Positions 13,626 to 26,940 are shown, numbered from the stretch's first letter. The stretch is DNA of 64,000 nucleotides from Octopus sinensis (GCF_006345805.1 NC_043007.1:3534001-3598000); one strand, 5' to 3'. Made by a program: numbers and translations. Notes: generated by a model not told the origin, from the sequence alone.

Positions 13626-14760
13626 CGCATGTTGAATCTGGATCTACATTTCCGAGTTCCTTTCGCAGTATAATAAATCTGTCGCCTCCTTCTCCAGAAC
13701 TCTTTCTTGTTTCTTGTGTTCTGAACAAAATCTCTAAATAACGAAGAAAGATGATATGGTTGTCACATAAAGTGTTAGGAAATAGCGAACATTTCTCTTT
13801 TTACTTCTTACACACGGATTCAAAAAGCGATTTTATTCACATCTAGTCACAGTAGTAATACAGGAAAAACGTGAGGCTTCGTTGGCTCATTGAATTATCA
13901 CTTGAAAACGATGACATCCGACACATAACTGGTTAAGAAACACAGGCTGCTGATGCTTTCAAAAGATTGTGTTCAATAACCTATTCTCTTGGAATCGCAG
14001 ATTTACGTAACCTTTTATGTCATCCTGAAGTGTTTCGTTTATGGCAATGTGTAATGTTTAGGCATTTCTCATTTTCTTTGACAGATGCTAAAAATACGCT
14101 TATGTCAAATATTTCTCATGCACCAAATTGAAATCATTCTCCTATTCATTCTCCTCACCCCAAACCCATCAACTCCACAAAACCATTTGAGCCTATCTGT
14201 TTTTCGATTAAAACTCATCCGCCATTGAATAACATTCAAAGTTATTTGGAGGGTTTTTTTCTGGATGGTAGGAGAGTAATAGATGAATATTCGAGGTTTT
14301 CCATTAGATATACGTATTCAGATATGACAGTTCCTATAGCAATTTGATACTTTTATCATATATTGTTCATATTCAAACAAATAGCGAAAGTATGGTACAA
14401 GCTAACAGTTTATCTTCTCTTACGAGTCACGACTAAGTTTTCTTCATGTTCGGTGTCCTAATTTCAATCCATTCAAACCAAAGATTTGATTTATGTCACA
14501 AGATGTTTGATCAAACAACAACTCCATATTATCCAAATAGAAATAATTAGTCACAGAGTCTATATTGCACTCTATATAAAGAACAATAACATATGCCCTT
14601 CGTTAAACGAAAAAACGAATGAAGGAGTGACGTTTTGGATGACTCACTCCTTTGTACTTTGGCTGACGAAGCACGTTCTGAAAGCTTATTCAGCTTTCGG
14701 TGTCACTCGTCGATGGAACAGTCTCTGCTTACGTCTGAACCGGGAGAACTTTTACTTAGA

Positions 14761-15139
14761 CTAACAGTATCGCCCGGCATTATTCGGGTTTGTTTCGACC
14801 CTTTAGAATTGGAATTTTTGAAAAGTCAGAATTTTGCATTATGTGGCTTGTTATTCTCTGTAAGTGAACATTTTTCTGGTTGAAATACACCAAAAAATGG
14901 CGACACAGCAGTCAAAAAATGGTAAAAAATAGGGATTTTCATAGAAAAAAAGCACCTTTTTGATGTAAATAATTGTTGGTCCGATTTGAATATTTTCTTC
15001 TACGGAAGGAAGAGAAAGCCTTCTTCTATCATACTCTCAATTTTGGTCAACTTGCGCCGCAGGGTCTCGGATGAGATAGTGTTAGTTGAAGGCTACCAAA
15101 CCTGCCATACACAGACAACTTCAGCTTTATATAGAGAGA
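14761..15139 (-). mobile_element. Non-autonomous Helitron-like element, family H1 copy 1
   Basis: Minus strand A|TCTCTCTATATAAAGCTGAAG … CCCGAATAATGCCGGGCGATACTGTTAG|T (terminal hairpin); clearly homologous to 25894-26283. Confidence 0.75.
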
Positions 15140-16158
15140 TAGTTTAATCCCGACCATAAAAGAGTCAAAAGTTGATCACGTTGAACTAATTGTCGCTTTT
15201 CAACTCTTTCCTCGTACCCAATACCTAGATATTTGAATTAACATAGTCGTCCCAGCTGAAGGCATCTTGAAGGCTGAGCTCGACGGCAAATCGATCAAAC
15301 TCTAAATTGTTTCGTGATTGATTGCCACATTGTCGATTTGATTAGGAATCGAGTTCAGCCATGCTTTGCTTCTTTCGATGAATGTTCCGTCGATAATTGT
15401 TGCAATGACATGCTGAGAAGTGAGCTCAAAAAACGTGTGAGCTGCTGGAGCAATGCAGCATCAACTCGGATATTGAAGAGGAAATTACAGCTTCACCTCT
15501 CAAAGTAAATTTCCTGGCTGTTTAACAAAGATATTTAAAGCAACAGAGAACCTAAAATGCTTAAAGCGCCGGCGATGCTAGGAAATCTTCTTTGTTACTT
15601 CTTGTCCAGCGTTGGATGATCTGCTGATTCTGCACGACAATATAAAGAGCAGAAAGGGGTCCAAATCGGTAGAGCAATCAACAAAATGCCTTGTGATACT
15701 TACCTACATAGCTTGACGTTGTGAGTTCAAATCGACTTAGTCCTTTCATTCCTTAACCGGCTTTTAAGAATAATAATTATTTATATACATACGGATGTTA
15801 ATTCAATCAGGTTTTTTCCCCAGTCTTGTAATCTACGATTTAAAGGTGTGAGATATCAACCGAAATAGTTGTGTTATATCAACCGATATAGTACAACATC
15901 ATACTAAATGCAATAAGCATTCAGCTTTTACAACGTGGTCAGCTTTAACTTCAGATGTTACAAGCACCGATTTCAAGATTTTACCAATCTGAGATTTAAA
16001 AAAAAGGTTAAGCAGTATTATGATATAAAGTCAACTCTGTCGATGGAGATGTGACGTTCATGCTTCTTAACGGTATTAGTGACGCAAAAATGCAAATCAT
16101 CATCATTCGAAAATCAAAAGCAGAAATTTTTAATGGAGTTCATCGAAAATAAACTAAC

Positions 16159-16233
<75 letters not shown>

Positions 16234-16240
16234 TATTATT

Positions 16241-16422
16241 GGGGGGAAATGCTTAGCTGTTTTTTGTCTGCCGCTACGTTCTGAGTTCAAATTACGCTGA
16301 GGTTGACTTTGCCTTTCATCCTTTCGGGATCGATAAATTAAGTACCAGTTGAACATTTGGGTCGATGTAATCGACACATCCTCTCTCCAAAAATGGCTGC
16401 CCTTGCGACAAAGTTTGAAACC
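16241..16422 (+). mobile_element. SINE family B, 5'-truncated, followed by an (ATT)n tail
   Basis: Core GTTCTGAGTTCAAATT…GACTTTGCCTTTCATCCTTTCGGGATCGATAAATTAAGTACCAG; ends AAAGTTTGAAACC(ATT)n. Confidence 0.75.
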
Positions 16423-16435
16423 ATTATTATTATTA

Positions 16436-16480
<45 letters not shown>

Positions 16481-16505
16481 TATTATTATTATTATTATTA
16501 TTATT

Positions 16506-16638
16506 GGAGGAAATGCCTAGCGGTATTTCGTCTTTCTTTTCGTGATCAATAAATTAAGTACTAGTTAAGTACAGGGGTCGATGTGATCGACTGCACCCCA
16601 CCCCACAAAATCCAGGCCTTCTGCCTATTGCAGAAAGG
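16506..16638 (+). mobile_element. SINE family B, internally deleted, followed by (ATT)n
   Basis: Starts at the same GAAATGC position as the previous copy; carries the GGGGTCGATGTGATCGACT core and the short-type tail. Confidence 0.65.
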
Positions 16639-16668
16639 ATTATTATTTTTTTTTATTATTATCATTAC

Positions 16669-16740
<72 letters not shown>

Positions 16741-17080
16741 CATCATCATCATCATTATTAAATTAATGGAAGACACTTGTTCAGTATGCTGCGCTGTAGG
16801 ACCGAACCCGTAATGATGAGCTTACAAACTTCTTAAGCACGCACCCATATCTATATCTGTGTAATGCTATCACTAATAGTAAAGGTATATGTACGTATGT
16901 ATATATATGTAGTTCGATTGCCAAGTGATCTGGATCGGTAGATCGATAGAAACAAGTTACCTACATCGATTGTACATAAGTTTGTGATTTGACCTCCGCC
17001 TTTGTTCAGGTGTGGGTGTGAATTTTTCAGCAAATATTTCAACTGTTAACAGAAAATACCTTTCTTGCTATGTCACTTAC

Positions 17081-17240
17081 TAATTAAACACCTGTGAATA
17101 TTTTTCTTTTGATTTTCGTGGTGTTCCTTTGAAGGTTTTGTTGTTTCGTTTGTTTCTGAAGTGTTATCGAAAACGTTATTGTTGATCTTCATCCTGTCGT
17201 CATCGCCGTTGTTCATGTTGTTTAGTTGTAGATCAGCCAT
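17081..17240 (-). CDS. Candidate first coding exon of an unidentified host gene (Asn/Asp/Glu-rich N-terminus)
   Basis: ATCATGG start context, MADLQLNNMNNGDDDRMKINNNVFDNTSETNETTKPSKEHHENQKKNIHRCLI; donor TTA|GTAAGT after 17081 (alternative CAG|GTGTTT after 17092); upstream acceptors TTTCAG at 17383 and 17354. No homolog recognised. Confidence 0.3.
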
Positions 17241-17398
17241 GATCGAACAGACGTATGAGCAAAGGCCTTCATACGACGAACATCTGTCGCTTTTAACCAG
17301 ACATACTGTAGCTATCGCCACAATATCTAGTTCTAGTTTTAAATACATGTTTACTGAAACTAAACAGAATCCCAGAGACGTTCTGAAATCAATATTTG

Positions 17399-17560
17399 TT
17401 AGTTAGTTAGTTAGTTAATTTTTGGCTCAAAAAGCAAAAAGCAAGGCCATGTAGGGGGACATGGAGTTATGTACAGAGTGGTGTTCATGTAAAGAGTTCA
17501 GGTCACTTGTGGTCAAGGGAGACTTTGAACCGAGCGGTCGTCGGCATCTTCACTATATCT
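17399..17560 (-). mobile_element. 3' end of a CR1-group LINE with a (CTAA)n tail
   Basis: Minus strand encodes DIVKMPTTARFKVSLDHK*, matching the CR1 ORF2 C-terminal FKxxLD motif, then a short 3' UTR and TAACTAACTAAC. Confidence 0.65.
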
Positions 17561-18023
17561 TGTGACACTTCAATAATTTTCTGTATTTAATTTTGAGAGG
17601 GTAACCCAAGTAGAGGTAGCAAGTAGTTCATGGCCTTGATGAAGGCAGTTGTAACTTTAGATAATCAAAAGGACTCTGAGTATCCAAGAATGGGGAAGAG
17701 AATCGAATGCTTCTTTGTAATCCAGCCAGACTACAACCAAGTTCTTATGCCACCGCGCCAATGTCGTTAATGAAAAGTTGACACCTCTCTAAATTTCTTT
17801 CGTTTCAGCTGTTTGTTCAGCTGTGATAATATTTTTTCTTATCGCAACGATTCTGAAGGAACAGGCTCAGGTTTTTCGCTATGAAAGTAGATTTATTTTG
17901 AAGAATCAGTTTTGTTTCTACCAATACTAACTTGTTTTCTGTGTTTATATTTCCAGTGAGAGTTTGCTGGTAAATATTAGCAAAATGCTTCTGATAGAAG
18001 ACAAGGTATTTTTTGTACCGGTA

Positions 18024-18448
18024 AAGGCGGCGAGATGGCAGAATCGTTAGCACGCCGGGTGAAATGATTTGTGGTATTTCGTCTGCCGCTACATTCTGAG
18101 TTCAAATTCCGCCGAGGTCGACTTTGCCTTTCATCCTTTCGAGGTCGATTAAATAAGTACCAGTTATGCACTGGGGTCAATATAATCGGCTTAATCCGCT
18201 TGTCTGTCCTTGTTTGTCCTCTCTGTTTAGCCCCTTATGGGTAGTAAAGAAATAGAAATAGGTATTTCGCCTGTTGCTATGTTCTGAGTTCAAATTCCGC
18301 CGAGGTCGACTTTTCCTTTCATCCTTTCGGGGTCGATAAATTAAGTACCAGTTACGCACTGGGGTCGATATAATCGACTTAAACCGTTTTTTTGTGTCCT
18401 TGTTTGTCCTCTCTGTGTTTAGCCCCTTGTAGGTAGTAAAGAAATTGA
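18024..18448 (+). mobile_element. SINE family B head-to-tail dimer with a single TSD
   Basis: Full unit plus a headless second unit joined at AAAGAAATAGAAATAGGTATTTCG; flanked by TATTTTTTGTACCGGTA (18007-18023) and TATTTTTGTACCGGTA (18449-18464). Confidence 0.85.
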
Positions 18449-19774
18449 TATTTTTGTACCGGTATCCCTCAATGAAGTCACTTCCAGATACTTTCAATCC
18501 CTGAGGATTTTGAGTCGCAATCTCAAGAATACCCCTATTAATGCAATATACCTTTATTGTAATACAAAGACAATCCTTCTTTTAGATTTCTTCTGGCCGC
18601 ACAACATCCGGATTAAACGTATTTTCCTCACTGTGAATCCGTATTTCCTTGAAACATGAGTCTCCCTGACATTTATTGATTGTCCTCTCATATCTTCATA
18701 AACTGATGATTGCTTTCGATTAATTATCTTGTTAATTATTTTTCTTTCAGCTAATTTCTGATGCTAAAGTTTTTTTACTGACAGCTTTTAATTCCACTTT
18801 GAAGGCGATTAATTTATAGCCAGCTTCCTCTCTTTGCTATCTTCAAATATCGTTTCTGTTTTATTTTCATTTTTTGTTCTTTGCTGGTGGGGCTAGGGTT
18901 ATTTCCTTATTTGTATGTGAGCAACGCCATATGATTGATTGTTTCCCCGTAGATCAATGTCTTTTTTTTTCATTTTCCAAGACCATGATGTCACTTTTTT
19001 ATTGGTTTTGCCTCTCTTTACTTCTTCAGTATTTCCAAGGTAGTTGCTGACAAGGCATAAAAAATGCTAATTTGGCAAAATGAAGGGACATTACACTGTT
19101 GGAAATATTCAGAACCGATTTCAGATAATTCACACTTTTTATAAAAATAGAAATAATTTTTATAGTTTACTTAATGCCATCATATGTTATATATTTGTCT
19201 TAACCATTTAAACAACTGCTTTTTATGCGTCTGTGCAATCTCTTTCATTCCCTGTGTGTTATTGCTTTAAGGACCCAGCTGACAGAGGTGTAAAGAGAAA
19301 GTAAAAAGATTCAGATCTCGATTTCTCTGGGCTAAGCTGTTCATTGCAGACGTGTTCATCATTTTTTATCGTTAAAAATCAACTCATTTGGCTTATTAAT
19401 GTTTTGATCGCATGATGTCTTTGCTGCAAAGTGAGTTTTAAACTTAAAATAGTATTTTCTTGAAAGCTTTCAATGAGAACCTATTTCCGTTATTTATATT
19501 AATCTCTTTTCTCAGCTCATAGAAAACTTTTTATCGTTACAGATGTTAGATTTGCTGAAAGTGTTTTGTGATCGGTCGGCCAACTGAGCGGTAACGTAAT
19601 AGAAACACATACACACATGAATACATATATATGTGTGTGTCTGAATGTGTATACACACACACGCGCGTACACACACACACACACACACATATATATACAT
19701 ATGTATATATATATGTGTGTATATATATATAACCGTCCAGCCCATGCCAGCATGGAAAACGGACGTTAAACGAT

Positions 19775-19849
<75 letters not shown>

Positions 19850-20430
19850 CTGCTTAGAGTGTGCTTCTCCGTTTTTATGTTTTTCTAAAAGAAATTATTT
19901 TTATATATATATAAAGTAATGACTTTTTGCCAACATAATGTGGAAGTCCCAGGATGGGATATACAGCAACAGTACCATAAAGTAATGACTTTTTCTCAAC
20001 ATATATATCTCTCTTTGAGAGATTTAGAAATGATATTTCTATTTTGTAGATCAGTGGTTGTGTGTCACTTTGAAATCTATGTATTTTCGACACCAGTTCA
20101 GTAGGGACATTTAGCCAACCAAACTACTCCACGTTGATAAAGGGCATTAACTCAGAAACTTGTCCGTGGTGCGAAGTTGTGCTGGGTGGAGGTTCTGATC
20201 TCCCCTGTTCGAAAATATAAGTACACAGAAATTTTGTGTCGTATAGTCAGCTGGAAACGTCCGCAACAGTTATTTTTCAGTGTTTTTTTTTTCAACATTA
20301 TATGTCTTTTGGAGTATTCTATCTCGAGACAAATATCGCAGTTTAGCAGGCTTTCAACGATGTATCATCTTCTTTAGTACTATTTAAGCCGCTATTTTGA
20401 ACTAATTTTGCTTGTATCGTTCATAATGAA

Positions 20431-20465
<35 letters not shown>

Positions 20466-21112
20466 ATATTTATATACACGCGTGTATGTGTATAAGTGTG
20501 TGTGTGTGTGATTTTATTGAAATTACCTTCCAGAGAGGGAAAACGATCGCTTGATGATAATTAGTACCAGTTCCAAACGAGGAACGAGAAAGGAGATTAT
20601 CTCAAGAATCAAGAATTTCTCTAAAATCGACGACATGACTTCAAAGAAAATATGCTCTCATTGCCTGAAGGCGAGAAGACAAATGTTTCTCCCTCACGAA
20701 GCGTCAACAGCACAGCAATTGTTCAACTGACGAGTCAGTTATATGCAAAAAAAAAAAAAGGAAAACATATTATGGCCTAGGTAATCTGTTTAAAGAAAAC
20801 GAAAATTGGCTCAGAGAAATCTCTTAGAATGACAAGTGGAATGTATGTAAACAACAAATACAAATGAAGGAACAGTATAAAATATGCAAGATAAATTCTT
20901 GGTGCATGACAAAGCAGTTAGAGACATTCAACTCTTGATAATAAAGTCATGGTTTCTCGGTCCAAGCAGCGTGTTGTATCATTGAACAAGATATTTTATA
21001 TCATATCATACCAGTCTTCTCATGTGTAATGAATTGACTGGTGTTATGTGAAATACATGTCTACCCATTATACCTGAGTAGACCACTGAGTCATGGGTAA
21101 TGTGGGAAGCGG

Positions 21113-21997
21113 GTTTATGTCCTGGTCTGACTTTGGAGGTGTCAAAGTGTAAAAAAAAATGTGTTCCTTTGCATAAAGATAGTAAAATTATAAATATAGC
21201 TGGTTTTGTGCATAGATAGTTTAATTGTTATAAGGTTTTGGTCAGAAACGGGGATGTTTTTTTTTACCTACGGCAAAGAAATACGAAAGGAAACTTAGGG
21301 TCATTTTATTTTTTTGACACTGAATCTTAAACACAACGAAATGTGCAAGTTATATGCATTTACCCTGATATCCCTAAAAAAATCTTTGGTGGCAAGAAAG
21401 CAGATAATTACGAGGAAATTGCTGAAAAAATGCTCGGGTCTTTTCATTCATTGGGTTGCAAAATGAGCCGCAAGGTATATCTTTTTTTTTTAATTACTTG
21501 AATAATTAGTTCCCACAGATTTTAAGAGACGTTAGATGAAGAGAGACAACGATTCCACCGAAATATGGAGGTAATAGAGGAGAGATATCAAGGCAGATGG
21601 GATATGAATACGATATCTGATTACTGGTGAAGTATAAAAAGGGACCGCCCAACACTAAAATATTAAAAGAATTCTAAGAAACAGAGATTTCTTCCTTCAT
21701 AATGACATTTGATGATTTTAGGGATTATGTGATATGCATAAAATTGGAAGATTTTGTTGTCTTTAAGATTTTGTATCAAAAGAACACGGTGATCCTAGGC
21801 CTCTTTTTGTATTTTCTCTATCGTAGGCAAAGAAAACCGTCCCCATTTCTGGCCGAAATCTTACTACAGTTAAACTATCTACGCACAAATTCAGCCGTAC
21901 TCGTAATCTTATGAATACTTTATGCAAAGGAAGAGTGATAAGGAAGCCTTCTTTCATACTTTGGTTTGCTGCTCCAAAGTCAGGCCAGGACATAAAA
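21113..21997 (+). mobile_element. Internally deleted Sola-like DNA transposon with ~270-bp inverted arms and a transposase C-terminal remnant
   Basis: 21113-21375 is the diverged reverse complement of 21715-21997. The middle encodes KIFGGKKADNYEEIAEKMLGSFHSLGCKMSRKVYLF and ERQRFHRNMEVIEERYQGRWDMNTISDYW, matching the MSxKxHFLHSHLD…GERFHQDI…RYQGxW…DYCW transposase family (recalled as Sola). Confidence 0.65.
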
Positions 21998-22496
21998 TCA
22001 AGGGAACAACTATGATTTTCGTGAAAAATCATGGCAGTGTGTTTTCAAGGATTTTAACGAATGTAATGTTTCAACGAAGGTAATGTTGGCCTGGTTGGTA
22101 TTTGAACTCACGGCATAAACACAATCTATCCAACGCCCTCACATACGCTGCCAATTTCATACATAGAGACATACATACAGACAGACATAAATGGAAAGAG
22201 AATGAGAGAAATACAAGATGTGTGTCTCTGTGCACGCATGTTTGTATTTCCTGTGTGTGTGTATATGTATATATATATATAATATATATATATATATTAT
22301 ATATATATATATATATAATATATATATATATATATACATTCATACATACATACATATATATATACACATATATATACATAGATAGATAGGGATAGATAGA
22401 TACATACATACATAGCTAAATAGATAGATAGATAGACACACACACATATATACATATAGATACATACGTGCATACACATGTATCTGTGTGAAATTA

Positions 22497-22590
<94 letters not shown>

Positions 22591-23056
22591 TTGTGTGCGT
22601 ATGAATATACACAGGTATGTACCACAAATAATAAGAAACACTCGTGAAAACGGAATGACTTCAGCAAGATGAGATATGTTGTCTTTTAAGCGCCTCAAAT
22701 GCAAGACAAAATGACATAAATTAACTGAAGTTTCTTCAGCTGGGGAATCAAAATCAAGTTATACTCCTAGCTTGCTGAGAATTTGAGAATCAAGAGAATC
22801 TATTCTGTGGCCTGAAATGTGTCGTAAGAGAATCTTTCCCGAGATTGTTTTCTTTTTCATTATTAATTTTGTGAGTCTATCTTTGATAGTTCTTGCCAAT
22901 GGATTTACTAAAAAACATGTAAAAACAACATGTAGCACTATGTGCAAGACGTATGTCTTGACGCTTTGGGCTTTCTTTCGTACATAATATATTTAGCTTC
23001 TGTCCACAAATTTCCAATCTTGTAAGTGGTACGTTCACATATCTTGCTTTCTTTCC

Positions 23057-23137
<81 letters not shown>

Positions 23138-23415
23138 TATATATGTATACATGTATATATATATATATTTTGTATATATGTATACATATATAATACTATA
23201 CATATTTGTATTTATATACCTATATTTGTATGTATATATATATATATACATATATATTTGTGTATATATATATACATGTATGCATATATATTTATATATA
23301 TAAGTATACATATATGTGTGTGTATGTATATGTGTTGTGTATATATATATATGTATACATGTATATATATATATATGTGTGTGTATATATGTGTGCGCGT
23401 ATGTGTGTGTAGATG

Positions 23416-23484
<69 letters not shown>

Positions 23485-23719
23485 TGTATGTGTGTGTATG
23501 TATGTATGTATATATACTGAGAGAAAGATAGTGAGTTAAAACTTGCGAAGTAAGCTTGGAAAACTGTTTTTACCGAAATAGTACATACATCATTGATTCC
23601 GCCTACAACATACGAGTGGGGAGGGGGCAGGAAATAATGCTGTTTTTATTGGCTCTAAATTTTGGCTCACCATCGTTTGTATGCGTATATACACACATAT
23701 AAACACATCTATAGATAAT

Positions 23720-23805
<86 letters not shown>

Positions 23806-23844
23806 CATAGATAGATAGAAAACATCCACCCACAAAATCCATAG

Positions 23845-23875
<31 letters not shown>

Positions 23876-25231
23876 TGTATGCATGTATGTATGTTGGTAT
23901 ATTTACATATGCCTATAAAGCAGCTTGAAAATTAGCAGTCTTGTCTTTGGCACTATATTTTATCCTTTACAAACCCAACAAATCCAACAACTGACCACCC
24001 TTCAGTAACTACCCACCCCACCCCTCACACTTATTTCCACCCCTACTACTTCCTCTCTCAATACCCTGATTGTTATCCCCCCCTCCACACACCTCCATCT
24101 TCCTGGACTGACTCCCTTATCTCCTTTCACCCATTCGTGCCTCAACTTAGCTGGGATCGAAACGGTGTTCTAGCTGTTCAGGTCAGTGGTATTTCCTTTG
24201 TCTTGTCAAGGACCACGATTATTTATAGCCTTAGGCACATGACCTCTGGCCCTCTACGGTCACAGAGAGTTTAAAGAAGATAAAGTTTTGGGAAGGGAAA
24301 CACGCACTGTTACGTACGGTGTGCCTCTCTTTCTGGTTGGACGGCCTCATATATACGGGTAGCGCTGAGTTACAAGGAGGCGGTCAGAGAGAGATAGAGA
24401 CGGACAGGGACAGACGCGGTCTGAGAGAAACAGACAGGGGCAGAGAGAGAGAGAGATGGAGCGAAAGACGGAAACTGGACGACTGTCAAGTGATGTAGTG
24501 AGATACTGCGCTTAGCCGAAGTTGCAGGCGTAAAATGAAAGAACTGTTGCCGGTAAATGATTTTTTTTTGTTTTGTTTTAAAGGAAACGAACTTTGTGAT
24601 GTTAAATGTTTGAAAAGAAAAGAAGAAAAAGAAAAAAGAACTTTGTTGTTAAATGTGTTTCTTTAAACGAAAAGAAAGAAAAAGAGGACTGAATTTTGGA
24701 CTGCTTTTAAAAGAAAGAAAAGAAAAAAAGAAAAGAAAAAAGCAAAACAACTGTGTTGTTAAATTCTTTTTGTTTTTTGAGAAACGAACTTTGTGATGTT
24801 CAATGTTTAAAAGAAAACAAAGAAACAAAAGAACTGAGTCGTTGCTTGGGAAACGAAGGAAAGAAAACAAAAGAACTTTCCAAAGAATGTTTTGTTAAAA
24901 AAAACAAAAAAATTACTTTGACTCCGCAACGTTTTGTGTGTGTTATTTTCGTTGCTGTTGTTGGCTAAGTCATTTTATCCATCTAGTAGAAGCGAGGGAA
25001 AGTCAGAGAGAAAGGAAGAGCAAGAGAGTGGGAAAGTGAGAGAGAAAGTTTATAGAATCAAAGAGGGGGAATGTGGCGATAAGAAATAGAAAGGAAGCAA
25101 CAGAAACTGTCAACCACACCCTCACCCACGCGTAGAGCGGATCACCTTAAGCTAGTCTCTATATTTATAATTAAATATTCATCGTCTGAAAATCTTCAGT
25201 CTTTGCTTTCATTTTGTTTGCTTGTATACAT

Positions 25232-25631
25232 CTCTTTTACTCTCTTTTACTTGTTTCAGTCATTTGACTGCGGCCATGCTGGAGCACCGCCTTTAGTCGA
25301 GCTAATCGACCCCAGGACTTATTCTTTGTAAGCCCAATACTTATTCTATCGGTCTCTTTTTTGCCGAACCGCTAAGTGACGGGGACGTAAACACACCAGC
25401 ATCAGTTGTCAAGCAATGCTAGGGGGACAAACACAAACATACACGCACACATATATATACATATATACGACGGGCTTCTTTCAGTTTCCGTCTACCAAAT
25501 CCACTCACAAGGCTTTGGTCGGCCCGAGGCTATAGTAGAAGACGCTTGCCCAAGGTGCCACGCAGTGGGACTGAACCCGGAACCATGCGGTTGGTAAACA
25601 AGCTACTTACAACGCAGCCACTCCTGCACCT
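25232..25631 (-). mobile_element. SINE family A
   Basis: Full-length reverse-complement copy. Confidence 0.9.
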
Positions 25632-25706
25632 ATATATTTTTTAAATTTCAAACACAAGCTGTTACACTTAATTTTTGTGCACATAATTGCCTCCATATCT
25701 GCTCAC

Positions 25707-25860
25707 CTGGATTCCTCTTCTAGCCACTCTTTACTCCGTGGATTTGGTCCCTCGTAAAGACCTCGCTGTCTATGTTTGAAGCATTTGAGCGCTGTTTTGT
25801 AAACTGGGAATTTCTTATACTCAGCTGTTGACTGTATATAAGCACTTCCTGCATAGTGTG
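25707..25860 (-). CDS. Candidate internal coding exon of an unidentified host gene
   Basis: Strong donor CAG|GTGAGC after 25707; open frame HYAGSAYIQSTAEYKKFPVYKTALKCFKHRQRGLYEGPNPRSKEWLEEES; non-repetitive, GC above background. The acceptor is ambiguous (exon start 25860, 25848 or 25831). Confidence 0.35.
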
Positions 25861-25893
25861 CTATTATTCCAAAAGTACAATTATATATAAATT

Positions 25894-26283
25894 CTATCAG
25901 TATCGCCCGGCGTTGCTCGGGTTTGTTTCGACCCTTTAGAATTGGAATTTTTGAAAAGTCAGAATTTTGCATTATGTGGCTTGTTATTTTTAAGTGAACA
26001 CTTTTCTGGTTGAAATACACCAAAAAATGGCGACACAGCAGTCGGAAAATCGTAAAAAATAGGGATTTTCATAGAAAAAAAAGCACCTTTTCTATGTAAA
26101 TAATTGTTGGTGTTAACATGGCCCGATTTGAATTATTTGTTCTACGAAAGGAAGAGTAAGCCTTCTTATCTCATACTCTCAGTTTTGGTCAACTTGCGCC
26201 GCAGGGTCTCGGAGGAGATAGTGTTAGTTGAAGGCCACCAAACCTGCCATACACACACAACTTCAGCTTTATATATAGAGAGA
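25894..26283 (-). mobile_element. Non-autonomous Helitron-like element, family H1 copy 2
   Basis: Homologous to 14761-15139 with small indels; terminal hairpin CCCGAGCAACGCCGGG. Confidence 0.75.
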
Positions 26284-26429
26284 TGATTGTGTGAATGCAT
26301 TTACTGCCTGTGGCCAAGGTTAAGTCCTGTCCGTTTTTAGTCCTAAATACTTTCTTTTTTCCAACACTCTCTCTAAGTTTTTCTTTATCTTTCTATTTCT
26401 CTTTTACTCTCTTTTTCTTCTACCTCCCT

Positions 26430-26460
<31 letters not shown>

Positions 26461-26940
26461 GCTCTCTCTCTCTCTTATTGCAAGAAATTAATTTCACGTG
26501 AGAACTGCGTGTTTTTTTTTTTAATCAATTGAACGTAGAAATAAGCGATTAAGTTTTGCTGAGACTGTTATCTTAAATATGTGTATATGTAGCATTTTTG
26601 ATGAGATTATCTTTTCATTGCTTTACGTTTATCTTCATTCCTCACTGACACTGTTTCATTTCATTTGGCAAAGCAGTCTTGGTTTATTTCTTGTTTGTTT
26701 GTTTTTTCTCCCCTAAAAGCTATTTTACGCCTACTCAACTGTAGAAGGCTGATTTACAAACAGGTTGTGGATACCTTCGTTTTTATACAATTACAGCTCA
26801 GAATATTTCTATAGGTTAGTCCACGCAGTGGTGGTGGGCAGAGAAATAATGTTGACCAAGGCATATTTGTGTAGCAGACTTATTTTTTAATACTTGGAAT
26901 TTTATTCTGACAATTATGGTACATAATTTTGTGGCTTTTA

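Noticed and set aside
14621-14651. Hairpin AAGGAGTGA…TCACTCCTT as a possible miRNA or histone-type stem-loop
   Set aside because: The stem is only 9 bp, too short for a pre-miRNA, and it does not match the histone stem-loop consensus.
19201-19594. piggyBac-like MITE (TTAACC… …GCGGTAA)
   Set aside because: The putative termini match at only a few bases and the right TTAA is absent.
22590-23000. Minus-strand frame with hydrophobic, GPCR-like text (…[19 protein letters not shown]…)
   Set aside because: Interrupted by a stop, splice signals are weak and no family motif is convincingly matched; ORFs of this length are expected by chance.
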